Shown here: piece after piece, positions 48,451 through 60,800 of the stretch | Numbering within the stretch: position 1 is the stretch's first letter | Layout: each line of letters begins with the position of its first letter | Source of the DNA: Iphione sp. A-MEVVRFRX5 | Lineage: Eukaryota | DNA length: 64,000 nucleotides | Assembly: GCA_976226885.1 (NCBI GenBank) | Contig: OZ320317.1 | Coordinates: 34,348,001 to 34,412,000, forward strand | Direction of reading: 5' to 3' | Translations under genes and position numbers: made by a program | Notes under the pieces: generated by a model | Seen by the model: only the letters and a program-made list of their open reading frames with translations | Databases searched by the model: none | Told to the model about the DNA's origin: nothing

Positions 48451-51221
48451 TTCCTTTTTATCAACCCAGTCCCCAAGACTAGACAGTCATATCTTTCACT
48501 AAATTTGCTAAAATTGTTGTTTTATAGGAGAGCATCCCATGGACCCCACCCCCCTTGATATATATATATACGTATTTGAAGGTAATGCTTCTTATTCAGG
48601 CCGACATGACCATATTAACCAGTATATATACAGTCATGGTATTGTTATCCTGGTTGTATCACGATTAATAATATGACCACCGGGAAAGATCATGCTAAAG
48701 TTTTACATAGATTATCATCTGTAATCATATAATCTGTTAAATGCACCTGGTAGATACAGCTTGAGCATTGGGCTGTATGCAATATACAATGTATGCAATA
48801 AATTCAAAGTATTGGATACCTGAGGCAAAGATGTAAGGAATATATTTTGTACAACCCTATGTGAACGGCTGTCCCTCCCTTAATAAATGGCAACACATTT
48901 ATAAATGGACACACTCATACACAAGTATTAGCAGTCCCGTCGCATTGTACCCTGTAGTATAATAGCCGTTCAGCTAGTAGCCTGGTAGTTTGGAAATAAG
49001 TTTAGAAGTAAATAGTCAAGTAGTTAGTAGTCTACAGGCAGTCTAATCTGGTTGTCTGTAGTACAGTGGTAAGTTGTCTAGTGTCAAGATACAGCAGTCT
49101 TGTTATTAATAGTGTGAGGGAGGTAGTCAGATGTAGGCAGAATCCAGTAGTAGTTAATTTTATTGTACGATTTTATGATTACATACATTCTTGTTGTTCC
49201 ATTCGTGCATGTGCCGTGTGGCCTGATTGTTTTCTGGGCATTCTGTATGTCCTGTTAATTCCCTGTGCACATAACTCATCAAGTAAACAATCCTCGGGTT
49301 ACCTCAATATGTATTTCTCCCTTTGCTCCTTACAACCTTTTCCAAGATAATGTCACCATCCCTGAGGCCCATTAAACATTTCCCTCATATCTTGCTGTCA
49401 CTGTAATGTGAACCATACCCGAACATCAAACACTGGAGCTAGAATTGATTATTAACGATTTTACAGAGCAGCTATGTTCCATGATCAATTTTTGCAGCAA
49501 AACACCGAGGAATGGATAAAGCCCCTACGATCTGCTCTGATAACTATGTCTATATTCTGCGCTTTCAAAAATATCTATATTAAGAATCTGCGCGCTTTGA
49601 TAATTGTGTCTATATCAAGAGGTTGTGCTTATAAGTCCAGGCTTCAGTTTTTGAGTACAGTGAATAACGGAGACAGCGGCAGCCACAACAGACAATAGAC
49701 TGAAGACATGCGTACTTCTCTTTATTTAAAACCTTCTCCCAAATTCGGTCTTTCTCTCTCTCGTTCTCCACTTCCCTTTATTTAATACTCTGTCCCAAAC
49801 TAAGTCTCTTTCTCTCTTTCTGTCTCTCCTCTCTCTCTCACTCCCTCTCTGCCTTTCTGTCTCCGTCCCTCTGTACCTCTTTCTGCCTCTCTAGCTACGT
49901 TTCCCTTTTCCGTTCTCTCTCTTATATTTGCTGATGGCCACACTTCTTCTATCACCGTTCTGCCTTCCTACGTGGCTGTCTGTATCTTTAAGGTTTTCCA
50001 CCTCAGTATCCTCCCCTCATTCCCTGTTCCCTCCTTTCCTACGTCCCACTGTCTCGCCCGTTGCCTCCAATAACACGGCACGACTGTACAAGGCCAGGAC
50101 AAATAGGACCACTTGTGTTGGTGACCTCGAGGTGATGGGCGGGCTGTTCGTGTATGTATGTGTGTTTGTGTGTTGGGTTGGGGGAGACGGGAGTGAGGGG
50201 GGGGGGGGTTGATGCGGTGGTGGTAATCTGTGGAGTGTTCGGATGAGAAACGTCCTCTGCTCCTGCCCACTTCCCACCCGGATCGGCTCCAAACCGACCC
50301 AATACAACATGATAGCTGTAACTAGGCTGATATATCAGCTGCCAACGACACCACTCGGCCAGCAGAAGAATCAATGTAGGTTGACGTGCAATTGGCTGTG
50401 TGTATATGTGTGCCAGCAGTGGATCCAGTCACCTATATATATATATCGTTATTTGTTTATATCCCTATGTGTTTACAAATTTAAACTTCGCATCCGAAAT
50501 CCAGACATAACTTCTGAATGCTTTTCTCTCTGCTCATATATCAATGAAGGTACTCATATATTCAAATAACGCTGACTTCCAGATACGAGTGGCCGCATTT
50601 TAGTCATACTCCACACAAAATAGTTCCGATATTCAAACGGACGTGTATGTGCCATGTACGACGATATATAAGTTAAGTTAATAAGGGGTTCAGATTAGGG
50701 CTGGTGATACATCACCAAACACTAGAAAGGTTTGAATAAAATAAATGTGGTGAAAAACCAAAATAGTCCCAATAAAAAATGCCAAGTGAACTGTATATTG
50801 TGAAAACATGAGTGGTACATTCTAATTCAACTATGCAAGAGAGTTTTAAGTTAATGAGATCAATATCTAGCCACGAGGCCAAAGGACTTTCCCCTTTAGC
50901 ACAAATAGATGTGGGCCTTTCATGCGAAGGGTCTGGGCTTCAATATCCTGACTGGTGTTCGCTGTGCAAATACTGGAAAAGACTTAGTAAACTAAAATAT
51001 ACACTAAATGCTAGGTCGGTCTACATCCATACTGATACTCCATTCTCTAACGGCTACAGTAGCCAGCTGAGACTGCGACTTATCTTTAACGGACATGGGT
51101 GAGGTTGTATGTAAATCCATTGTCCTTTGTATCCCAGAGGGAAACGTTGCGCAAATAAAGTCTAAAATGAGAACCTTTTTAACCTCATACAAACATTCCG
51201 ATTTCAGGTCTTGGTTGTATA

Positions 51222-51394
51222 CAGTGGAGTCTCTATTTCCGACCACATCTATTTCTGACCATTCTTGCTATTACGACCATCTGAGGTGGGAACTAAAGTC
51301 CTGATTTCTAGCAATAATCTAATCATGACCAAACTTGCTATTCCAACCATTTTGGGTCAGATCCTACCATTGGTCGGAAATAGAGACTCCACTG
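51222..51394. mobile_element. 173-bp pogo/Tigger-like MITE
   Basis: Perfect 24-bp TIR CAGTGGAGTCTCTATTTCCGACCA; TA target duplication on both sides. Confidence 0.9.
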
Positions 51395-52866
51395 TATATG
51401 TTTACCTTGGGCTTACTGGCACGTCTACTTTAGCCAGTATTTAATCACATATCTCTATTTTCCATATAAAATGTTTTATTTTTCTTTTTCCATACTTTCC
51501 AATGTTTGCTTTTTTATTCTCCACCACTCATCATGGAGTGCTGTGGGCTTGAACGTTTTTGACAATTTTCAGGATATTCAACTTCTTTACTTATTGAATA
51601 AATGAGGTGATCCGAATAATAAGTATGGCTCTCATTACAACCTCAGCCAGCGATCCATATATGTCCACATGAGAAAGTATAGTTGTGACCAAATATGTAC
51701 GTGTAATTATTAACATATAAAAGTATTTTTCTGCACTAAGTAATTAAAACTGGGAGGTTGATTTCAATATGAAGTGAAATGAAGACGTATGTCCGACACA
51801 TATACAGGAACTCGCCTCCGGGTTAACGATATTCTTATGAATGTGCGCCTGCCTCAAGATCACCTGTACACATGCGCCATAGATTATGTCCATTTCTTGC
51901 AAAAGTCATATAATGTATCTGGTTTCCAAGTTTCTCAGGATATCTGAAACAGTGTGAAAGACTGATTACTTCCTAAGCGCATCCATTTGATATGAGGTAG
52001 GGAGGACAGACCTTAAAATGGTTTTCCTGTCACTTTTGCAAAAGTTTCAGGTGATACATTTATATGGAGGTAGAAACTTCGATATGATCCGAGAGCAGTG
52101 CAGACCATGGGAAAACCGCGTTGGACTGTTATCCGAGGTTTTAGGTGTTCACGATAGAGCTTACTTCCATGGCTTAAGCTAAATGTAGTGGTTTTTGCCT
52201 ACGTAAAATACTCTTCTCCCTTTCCCGCATACAGGCGACAGGGATGCTGTGTTCTTAGGATGATTGTCATTCAGTATAGGAAAACATTGCAAGAAGGTAT
52301 GGCGCATTATGCCTGGGGATCTCTAAAGATCGGACCGGCGTGGTGGGAAGAGGGAGGAGATGATAAGGGAGAAAGAAGCAGACAGATAACAAGAAGGAAA
52401 AAGAATGTATATGCTTTTGTATGAATGTATTTATGCATGTATATCTATGTTAGCCTTTTATATTCCGAACGTTCAGTGGTCAATTCAAAATGAACACTAT
52501 ACATATATATACGCACATGCATGTATACATACATAGACAGAGACATAGCAAACAACTAACCTTACCTTGCCTATGCTACTGGTGCATTAGGATGCATGAC
52601 TGCATGAATGAAATTACGACCATGCCTGAAAACAAACCATGCACTCACTCACAGCCACTTACATAGAGCACGCGTCTAAAAGGCACCGCTGTCATTCTCA
52701 AATATCTGTTCTAGACACAACACAATGCAAACACATTGCTAATGGCTAAAATACATCTTTCTTTCCAGTAACCTGACTGTCTCAGATTTTCCTCCTGGTG
52801 GAACCTTTAAAAAACATGTTTTGGCAATATCTTAGGAATGCATGAAGGTAGCGACATATACATGTA

Positions 52867-53019
52867 CAGTGGAGTCTCTATTTACGACTACCACTTGGGA
52901 CCAAGCTTAAATCTTAAATAGAGTATCAAATGTATAGAAATTAAGATTTTTGTTCCCAACTAAAGTGGTCTTAAATAGAGAATGGTTGCAGAATGATATG
53001 GTCGTAAATAGAGACTCTG
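52867..53019. mobile_element. Second MITE with the same TIR type
   Basis: TA-CAGTGGAGTCTCTATTTACGAC ... GTCGTAAATAGAGACTC(CAC missing)TG-TA. Confidence 0.8.
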
Positions 53020-56000
53020 TACATCAGTTTCTCCCGTATGTCCTTGGTTTTCATATAATATTAGCTTCATTAAAATCCGAGGTGTAGAAATGATAGTTGT
53101 GGGCTCGGAAGATTAACAATTAAAAAAACACCCCCTACCGACTCTGTTCTTTTTTAACATGTTACCAGAAATGCAGGTATTTTTCTTAAGCCTAATGCAA
53201 GTAGGGAAAGAGACAGAGAAAAGGTGCACAGGTACGAGGATAGGCCCAACAAGGGGAGATTGCAGTGGCAGTGTAAAGGCAGATTCTTAGCTTTTAAAAA
53301 CAAGGGAAGGAATTAAGATACAAATGGAAACTCTGTAAAAGAACACTGCCAAAAGACAACTGGATAAAGATCAAGACAACACCAGGGTGAAAGAATCAAA
53401 GATCGATGATTAAAAGTAGGTCAGAGCATGGGAAACAGGGAGGTTGTGGGATTGAGGAAAGAAAAGGGAGCTATTTGCTATGCATCGATCCAATATTTCT
53501 CACACTGTCCAGGAATATAAGTAGCTTTGCAATCAACTGCCCTTTAGCTACTAGTCCGCAGGGGACTGACCCTATTGTTCCGTAAGTGACGGCACATACA
53601 GAGTTTTCAGCCTTGCGCGCCCATATTGCTTACAGGGGGTTTCATGTGCACGTATTGCCAGATTCAGTAAGAAACGACACGGATCACATGCTAATCCCTA
53701 TTTAAAGCAAGATAAAATTTACCAAATGGATTCAAGACAATACTGTGTCAAATTGCCACTCCCGATCAAACTTTTCTCTATCACTTCTCTGTCTTTTTTT
53801 TCATTTTGATTCCTCCTAACGAGTTAATTGTCGCGTGTGAGACTATAATTAGATTACCTGTTTTGATTATATGAGCGCACAAATGTGTTTCAATAACTAG
53901 GACAATCTTGCAAATATCAAATTCAGAAATAAACTAATTTCCCAATAATTGGATTGACATTTGGAAACTTAACTTATTTAGATTGACAGTATATCGCGGT
54001 TCATTTAAAATTATTGAAAAACTTTTGAAGTCGAATTTCTGACTAAAATGAAACTGCTGAGAATATAAGTGCTAGATGTAACTAGATTTGGGGTGGACTT
54101 CTTCAGTGTAAGGTTTAGATCACTGATATCACCAAAGCACGTAATGGAAAAACTCGTAGGAAATCATTGCCATAATATGAAAACTCATACGAGTCCTTGT
54201 TAAACTTGTTCTTGAGGAACCCTCTATGTGGACAGTTCGGTGTCCGCATAAAGTAATTAGGTCTCTACTTATTTGATTTTAGCGTAATTAGATGCTTGAC
54301 TTCATAGCGAACAGGAATCATCTTTCTTGCTCAGAGTATGCAGATCTCTTTGTTCCATTCACTAGTTAATTCTCTGCGAAGCAAGAAAGGGTTCCGATAT
54401 TTATCATTTTATACTCTGACCATACGTTCTCTCCCCCGTTAAATTCCCGTGGATATCCTATATCGAACCTACATAGTCTTCTGTTTGCCCCAGATGTTGT
54501 CTCAGAAAGCTGGCATTACTCATGCGTAAATGCTCTGCTACGATATCGTGGTGGGATGGAAGGTGTTTGCTAGGGGTGTGGTTGGGATCTTGATTCGGGT
54601 GAAAACATCCAGAGACGGGTTGTACAAACAAGTATGTCAACCTACTCTTGCCGGTCCCCCACCCCATCCCTCCCCCTTATTAGCTTTACTAGCTGTGACG
54701 AACAGTGCTAAGGATGAATTTCTTTTCCTACCTTCTTCTCTTTAATGACTCAATACAGATCTTTATGAGTCCTTATGTATCTGTCACAATAAGTGGCGAT
54801 AAACCATTTACTTTGCAGACCTCTTTGGACGATTGCTCCTGGTACCGTGAGTCGTTCCTGATCGGTTATCATAAGGAGGTTTGACTGATCTATAGTCAAG
54901 CACTCACATCAACAGCCTCCCTAAGATTAACCCCTGTACAGACCACCATACACCACCCATACTGTTTTCTTAGTGAATTCGGCGGTAGATCTGTCACGAA
55001 TTGGGACCCAGCGCTACCGCCCGCCATGTTTAGTAAAGATAAAGCTGATAACCCGGAATCTACCTAGCCTTGTGACTGAGTCAACGGCTTGTCACGTGTT
55101 TACGGACCTCAGCGATGCACTTTACGCTGAGGACAGGTAATCTAAATGGCTCTCCGATATTTTTTTTTTCGTCCTTATCTCTCCCCACACTCTCCGTCGC
55201 GCGTTCTCCCTGTCTTTGTTATTCCTATTTCAACTGTTTCTAAATTATCATATATACGACTCAAGGTATAGAAATCATTAGCCTAATCCTGTGGCAAAGT
55301 AGAGGGACCTTTTGGATAATCATACGACGTTTCTGGGATATAAATTTTCTTGATCTTTTTTCCAACCTCCAATCGAAGTGTAGATCACATTCAGGTCAGA
55401 GCTGGTCGTATTCCCTCATATGAATTTTTCAGAATCCAGCTTGGCAATCTGCCGTCTCATAAAAATGTGACTTAAAATGTCCCCTCAAGTCATTTATCTT
55501 GAAGGCTGTGAAAGTCGTTACTCATCAGCAAGATATTTTAGCAGTTTCTTCCACACCTATTTGAAGAACGTCCGCAAAGGTTCCGTTAATATTATGTGAT
55601 TTTATGATCATATAATATAGTTGATGGGATATTAAATGTTTGACTTTTAAAATACACGTATAAACCAAGTATCACATGTTGGACAATTATAGAAATGATT
55701 AAGGAAACATGTACCGAATCTTAGCATGTGGACACTTTATTGACAAGAATATAGAATTCTTGTGAAAACTTAATGGTTCCTGCGTATACCGGAAGTCAAG
55801 TGCGGCTGTACGCAACTTCCGTTGTTCAAGCCACAAAATGTCCATAACTCACGGATTTTGTCAATATTTCTATACAGTAAAGCAACACTAAAATTATTCA
55901 TTAAAACGAATGTCCTTAGCTGGTGCTAATAGCACCACGTAGGAAAAAAATACCTAGAAACGGCTGACACCAAAATAAAGCTTTTAAAAGCCGGTGGATG

Positions 56001-56948
56001 TATATCCAATGTCTGCCACCAGACGCCGACAGTTATGGTGATGTTGATCACTTTACCAACACGACCTACCCTGTTTTATCCTCCAATTTCAGTGCCAGAC
56101 CCGGCCCATGCCCCCGAGCCAGCGGCCACGGACCCCCATAGGCCTGGAGTAAATGAGCGGTTCGTGTGTGAGTACAGCTGAACAGAGCAACTCGGGATAC
56201 GGGGTATACACTCCTCTGTAGCATATTTCCCCTTTTAGTCTCTCGCCGTACCTCTCAATGGACGCGATGCTTGCTGGCCGCGGGCTAAGTTACATTAAAG
56301 TGATTGACATCGCAAAGTCGATTTGGGTAAACGGGGGAGTGTCGAAGGTGCGTATGGGGGGGAGGGGGGATGGTTGCTGGTTTACTGGTTGATGGCGTGA
56401 AGGCAATGTGCAAAATTGGTGGCTTGGAGACCGAGTAGCAGCTCACCTTAGAATACGTATGTAGGGGAGGGACAGGGGCTGGCTGAATGAGTGGGTTGTT
56501 GTCGGTGGGTAGGTTTGAGAGAGTTGGAAAATATTGCACAAACAACCACACCAATCGAAAAAAAACAGCTTGGGGCATTCCCCGCACTCGCCCCCCCCCC
56601 CCAAAAAAAAAAAAAACAACTCTCGAAACGCTTACCCCATCCCCGCCCGCCTTTCCCATATAAGCACCGCCTCCAATAATGGTATGATAAATGCCCAGTG
56701 TGGCGTTTGATATGCTATCTGAGCAACGGAGACTGGAGCAGGCTGCATATCAATGCGCGATAAGAAAGAATATGCAAATTAAGCCGGAGTGTTGGGCCCG
56801 TACAGTGCCCGCCTGAAGCCGGCGGGAAGTATATTGATACAACATTGGCACGACGTAGGGGTGACATATATGGCGGGTGTGGTGCCGTCAGTAATGTGTA
56901 ACGTACAGGCAAAGCCCATCGTTCTGCATGGCAAACACCCCTGCCGGC

Positions 56949-57141
56949 TATATAAAGCACGAACTGTCAATAGAATTCATTTTGAAACACACTAGTTCCG
57001 TCAGAAACACTTGCCGTGATGAAGAAGACAAAGTATTTGTGGTCATGCATAGGGGAGTGTCAGACGTATTTTCGGAAATGAAAAATACATACCATCACAC
57101 CAACTGTCAACATCGTATGTTCAACATTCGACAACGTAAGT
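56949..57141 (+). promoter_or_regulatory. TATA + Inr core promoter and putative first exon (56979-57135) of an unidentified gene
   Basis: TATATAAA 56949-56956; TCATTT initiator with its A at 56979 (30 nt downstream); donor AAC|GTAAGT at 57135/57136; octamer ATGCAAAT at 56772-56779. Confidence 0.55.
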
Positions 57142-59732
57142 GACAAAACCAATTATAGTAGTATGGCCAAACACTATAAATAGCATTTTCTGTCAATTAC
57201 TCGGGCATCTGGGGAGCATGCGAATTAAACATATTGCTTAAAAAGTCAAAATGAATGCAGTCTTTGTCAGGGAAATAATTGAAGTATAAATATGTTACTA
57301 TAGACAGTTATGGTCAATTGGTCAAGATTTTGTGGTTAGGCACGTCCAACGCGAGGCGGAACATAACTTACATGGCGAAGAATGGCGCTAACATTTTAAA
57401 TATGTTTCTGTCAATACAGTTCACTCTGCCGTAAATGTTGCATTATCTGAGTGAAATAATTCGCCCGATTAGAATAATTTTGGGGTGAAAGTGTTTCTAA
57501 TCCATGTTTCGGACTATGAAGTGCCTATTACAGATAGGTAGGGCCCTCCAGACACTTTTGAGATAACCCGGTATATTTGCTGAAAATGGCGTCTCTGATG
57601 TGAAAACATCTCAAAATCATCGGTCAGAGGTGGTTCACAAATTTTGTTTACCTGTCTGAGAAGCAGCAGCAGATTACTTACATTTTAGGACAATCATGTC
57701 ACTCAACCAAAAAGAGCAGTCACAGTTGTTGATGTTAACCTTAACGCTGACCCCTGACTCTCGCTCACCTTAGATAGTCGATACTATTGGCTCATTGCAC
57801 GTACATTTTATTACTGAGAATGGTTTATGAAACATTTGGAGCTCAATTAAGTTTTTTTTTAAACGGAAGTTTCTTGTATGAAGGAAGGTCCATACTGGCG
57901 CACGAATCTTACAAAAGTGAATTTAATGTCAAAATGCACTTTTTATGTAAAGGTTACTTAAAGAAATACCGTCTTTGCCTTCGCCAAAAAGCATATTAAT
58001 CAAATGAAATATTCTAAAATAAACCATGCATCTCTGTTTTAAAAAGATCTTTGTGCAGGACTCTAGTAATCAAAAGTCAAAATGTCCCTGATGATACATT
58101 CAGTGGTATTATGTATAATTTGAAAATTTAAACACGGCGGGCAGTGAAACTGCTATACTTCCTTGGATTAAATAAGGTGATTAATAAGAGGACTCATCAC
58201 AGCAAATTCCTTGTTTCTATTGGATAGCTACAAGTCGATTGTTCACATTTGGTTTTAGAATATACAAAATGTTACCCTCATGTTGATTCAAATTTTTCAA
58301 CGTTGAAATATTACATAAACATCATTTGGGGTACACAACCAACCAAAAATATTAAATTGAACATAAATATGCACATTAGAAGCACAGTTAAACACATTCT
58401 AAGTATTTAATTCATTATTTTTCGAAGAAAGTATTTAATCTTTTATTTTTCAAAGTATTTCTTCCACTCGCGAACTGGATGCTCACAAAATTTGTAGACA
58501 GTGTGCATACTTTACTAAACCAGAAGTAAAAAAAACTAAACATTGTGACTTTATCATTCAAAATCGCAGATACTTCATATATAGTTGAAGAATAATGATC
58601 AAAACTCCTTTAAAAGGCAATAATTCACTAAATTATCATTCAAAAACATGAATTAACTGTAAAGACACTGGGACTTGGGAAAGGACTACATCCTTTCCCT
58701 CGGTGATCATGATTAAACAGACCCACGTTTCACTCGAATCCATAGTTACATGCTTAGATCCAATTTACCAATCGCCTTATCATTTCATAACCGTGCAGAA
58801 TGACATCAAAGAGCTCTTTGATGAGGTTATTTAATCGTGTGCCTACGACCGATCAATAAAGTGCCACTGATAAAGTGTAAAACATAGGTCATTACTACGT
58901 GTTACACCAATAGTTGTTACGTTATATTGACGTTCTTTACGTGTTTCGGTGATTGGTCCTTTGGCAAAAGTCTTATTCTATTCGTGTATTAGTCAGAAGA
59001 GATATCGAAAAGGAAACATGAATCCATGTTGAAACATATACTTGTACAGAAGCAAATTTATGTTGTCAAAATCGCCCTCGCAATACGTCCAAGATATTAC
59101 GTGCTATTACATGTAATTGAAAGATTTGATCGGCTTTGAAAGTCTAATGATGAGTGTATATGACAACACTTCCTGTGATAACTGGTCTCGTTTGTTCAAA
59201 GGCTGTGGTCGTGTTTGCTTCATGCTCAGGAGAGAAAGAGACAATGATAGGCAGAGAATACAGAAGGGCTAATCTCTGGTTATGAATAAGTGTATAAAGT
59301 AACAAATTTTTCGGGAAATATTCCAATACAGCCGCCAGATTATTTTAAATTAAGTGCTTCCTGGGGAATCATGACAAACCAAACTTTGAAGTTCTCAAGA
59401 TGACCTATTTTTAACATTATTCTTGGGTTGAACGAGAAGCATTAGGTTTGAAGATGTGAGATAATGATTATAGTAGTAAACATGACACATGTGTTTGCAT
59501 AGAATTAAACTTCGTTAGCCAATGGCCTTTCTGTTACAGTAAAGCTATCCTAGAATAGGAATAGATGGGATGGTTAGATGGAATCACATAAAAGTTGTGA
59601 TTTGTAAAACAAATACTCTTCTACATAACATATTTCCCGGACCTAAATGATTTAGTTAGCGAGGGATGACCGTAGATGTAATAGTTTCTATATTTATACA
59701 CGAAGACAACATAAAATAGAGTTTAGAGAGAA

Positions 59733-59734
<2 letters not shown>

Positions 59735-59770
<36 letters not shown>
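59735..59770. repeat. (AG)18 microsatellite
   Basis: Direct reading. Confidence 0.95.
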
Positions 59771-59773
<3 letters not shown>

Positions 59774-60039
59774 AAATTGGTGAGGACAATGTGTCTGTTT
59801 TTATGTAAATGCTCCAGTCATCGCTCTATTGATAAATAACCCCAAACGGTGGCGTGTCGAAAGCGAACATTGCCCCGCGCCCCAGAAACAATAAAGAAGA
59901 CAACGACCGGGGCGGCCAGTAGCTAATGTACATGGCGCAGCTACGTGAGGCATCACAGCGCTAATTAACGCTTGGCTGGCGGCCCTGAGCTGCACTGATT
60001 GCGGTCACCAAGGTCTACTAGCAGCCCTGGCCCTCAACC

Positions 60040-60800
60040 CCCTTCAGGGTGGTGGGCGGTATATGCATGTGCTGGTGGTGCTTCGTTGGTTGCCATGATA
60101 CTTAAAGAGGTCGTGGTGATTGTGGTGGTTGAAGTGATAGTGGTGGTGGTGATGACACTGGTGAGGGTGATTATTTTGTTGTCTTGGTGGTTGTCTTGTT
60201 AAATGGTGGTGACATTTCACTATGGTGGGGATGCCGATCTTCATAATGGTGATATATCAATGTGTGTGCTAGTTGATGCTACACCACCTGTGTTATTTTG
60301 GTAGTCTTTTACTTTCTTCACCATGTTTGTCATGCCGACAATGATTGTAGCTGTGGATCAGTAGTGATAATAGTGTTACTCGGTTGCCATTGCATATGAG
60401 TGCTAGTTGAGGTGGTGGTGGCTGGTGATGATGGTGTTGACTGGTGACAGCGTGGTCTGGGTAATGGGTTGGAGCAGTGATGCCTGCAGTAGAGTTGGTG
60501 AAGCTGGGGGCTTAGGTATTATTCATTGAAGGTTCAAGTTGGCAGTGTGGTGATTGTGGCTGTGGTTGGCATGTAGATCATCTAGAAGGGCTGTGGAATG
60601 AAGATGGTCAGAATAATGACGACGATTATGATGGTTTTCATGTAGTGAATGAGAGGATTGGAAGAGGTTCTGACGATGGTCGTACTGCCTGGTTTTATGG
60701 AAACGTATGATGGTAAATAATGGTGATACCTGTTGATGGCGGTAGTGGTAATAACACTTGTGGGTGCTGTTAGGCTGTAATATGAGCTTGCTTCCGGTAT
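60040..60800. repeat. Degenerate G/T-rich (GGT/GAT) low-complexity tract
   Basis: Many GGTGGT/TGATGG words; the minus strand reads partly as Thr-rich but is interrupted by stops. Confidence 0.5.

Noticed and set aside
54781-55010. TGTCACA + TGGCGA (LTR end/PBS-like) and a later TGTCACG (LTR start-like)
   Set aside because: No repeated LTR pair, no convincing PPT and no gag/pol remnants.
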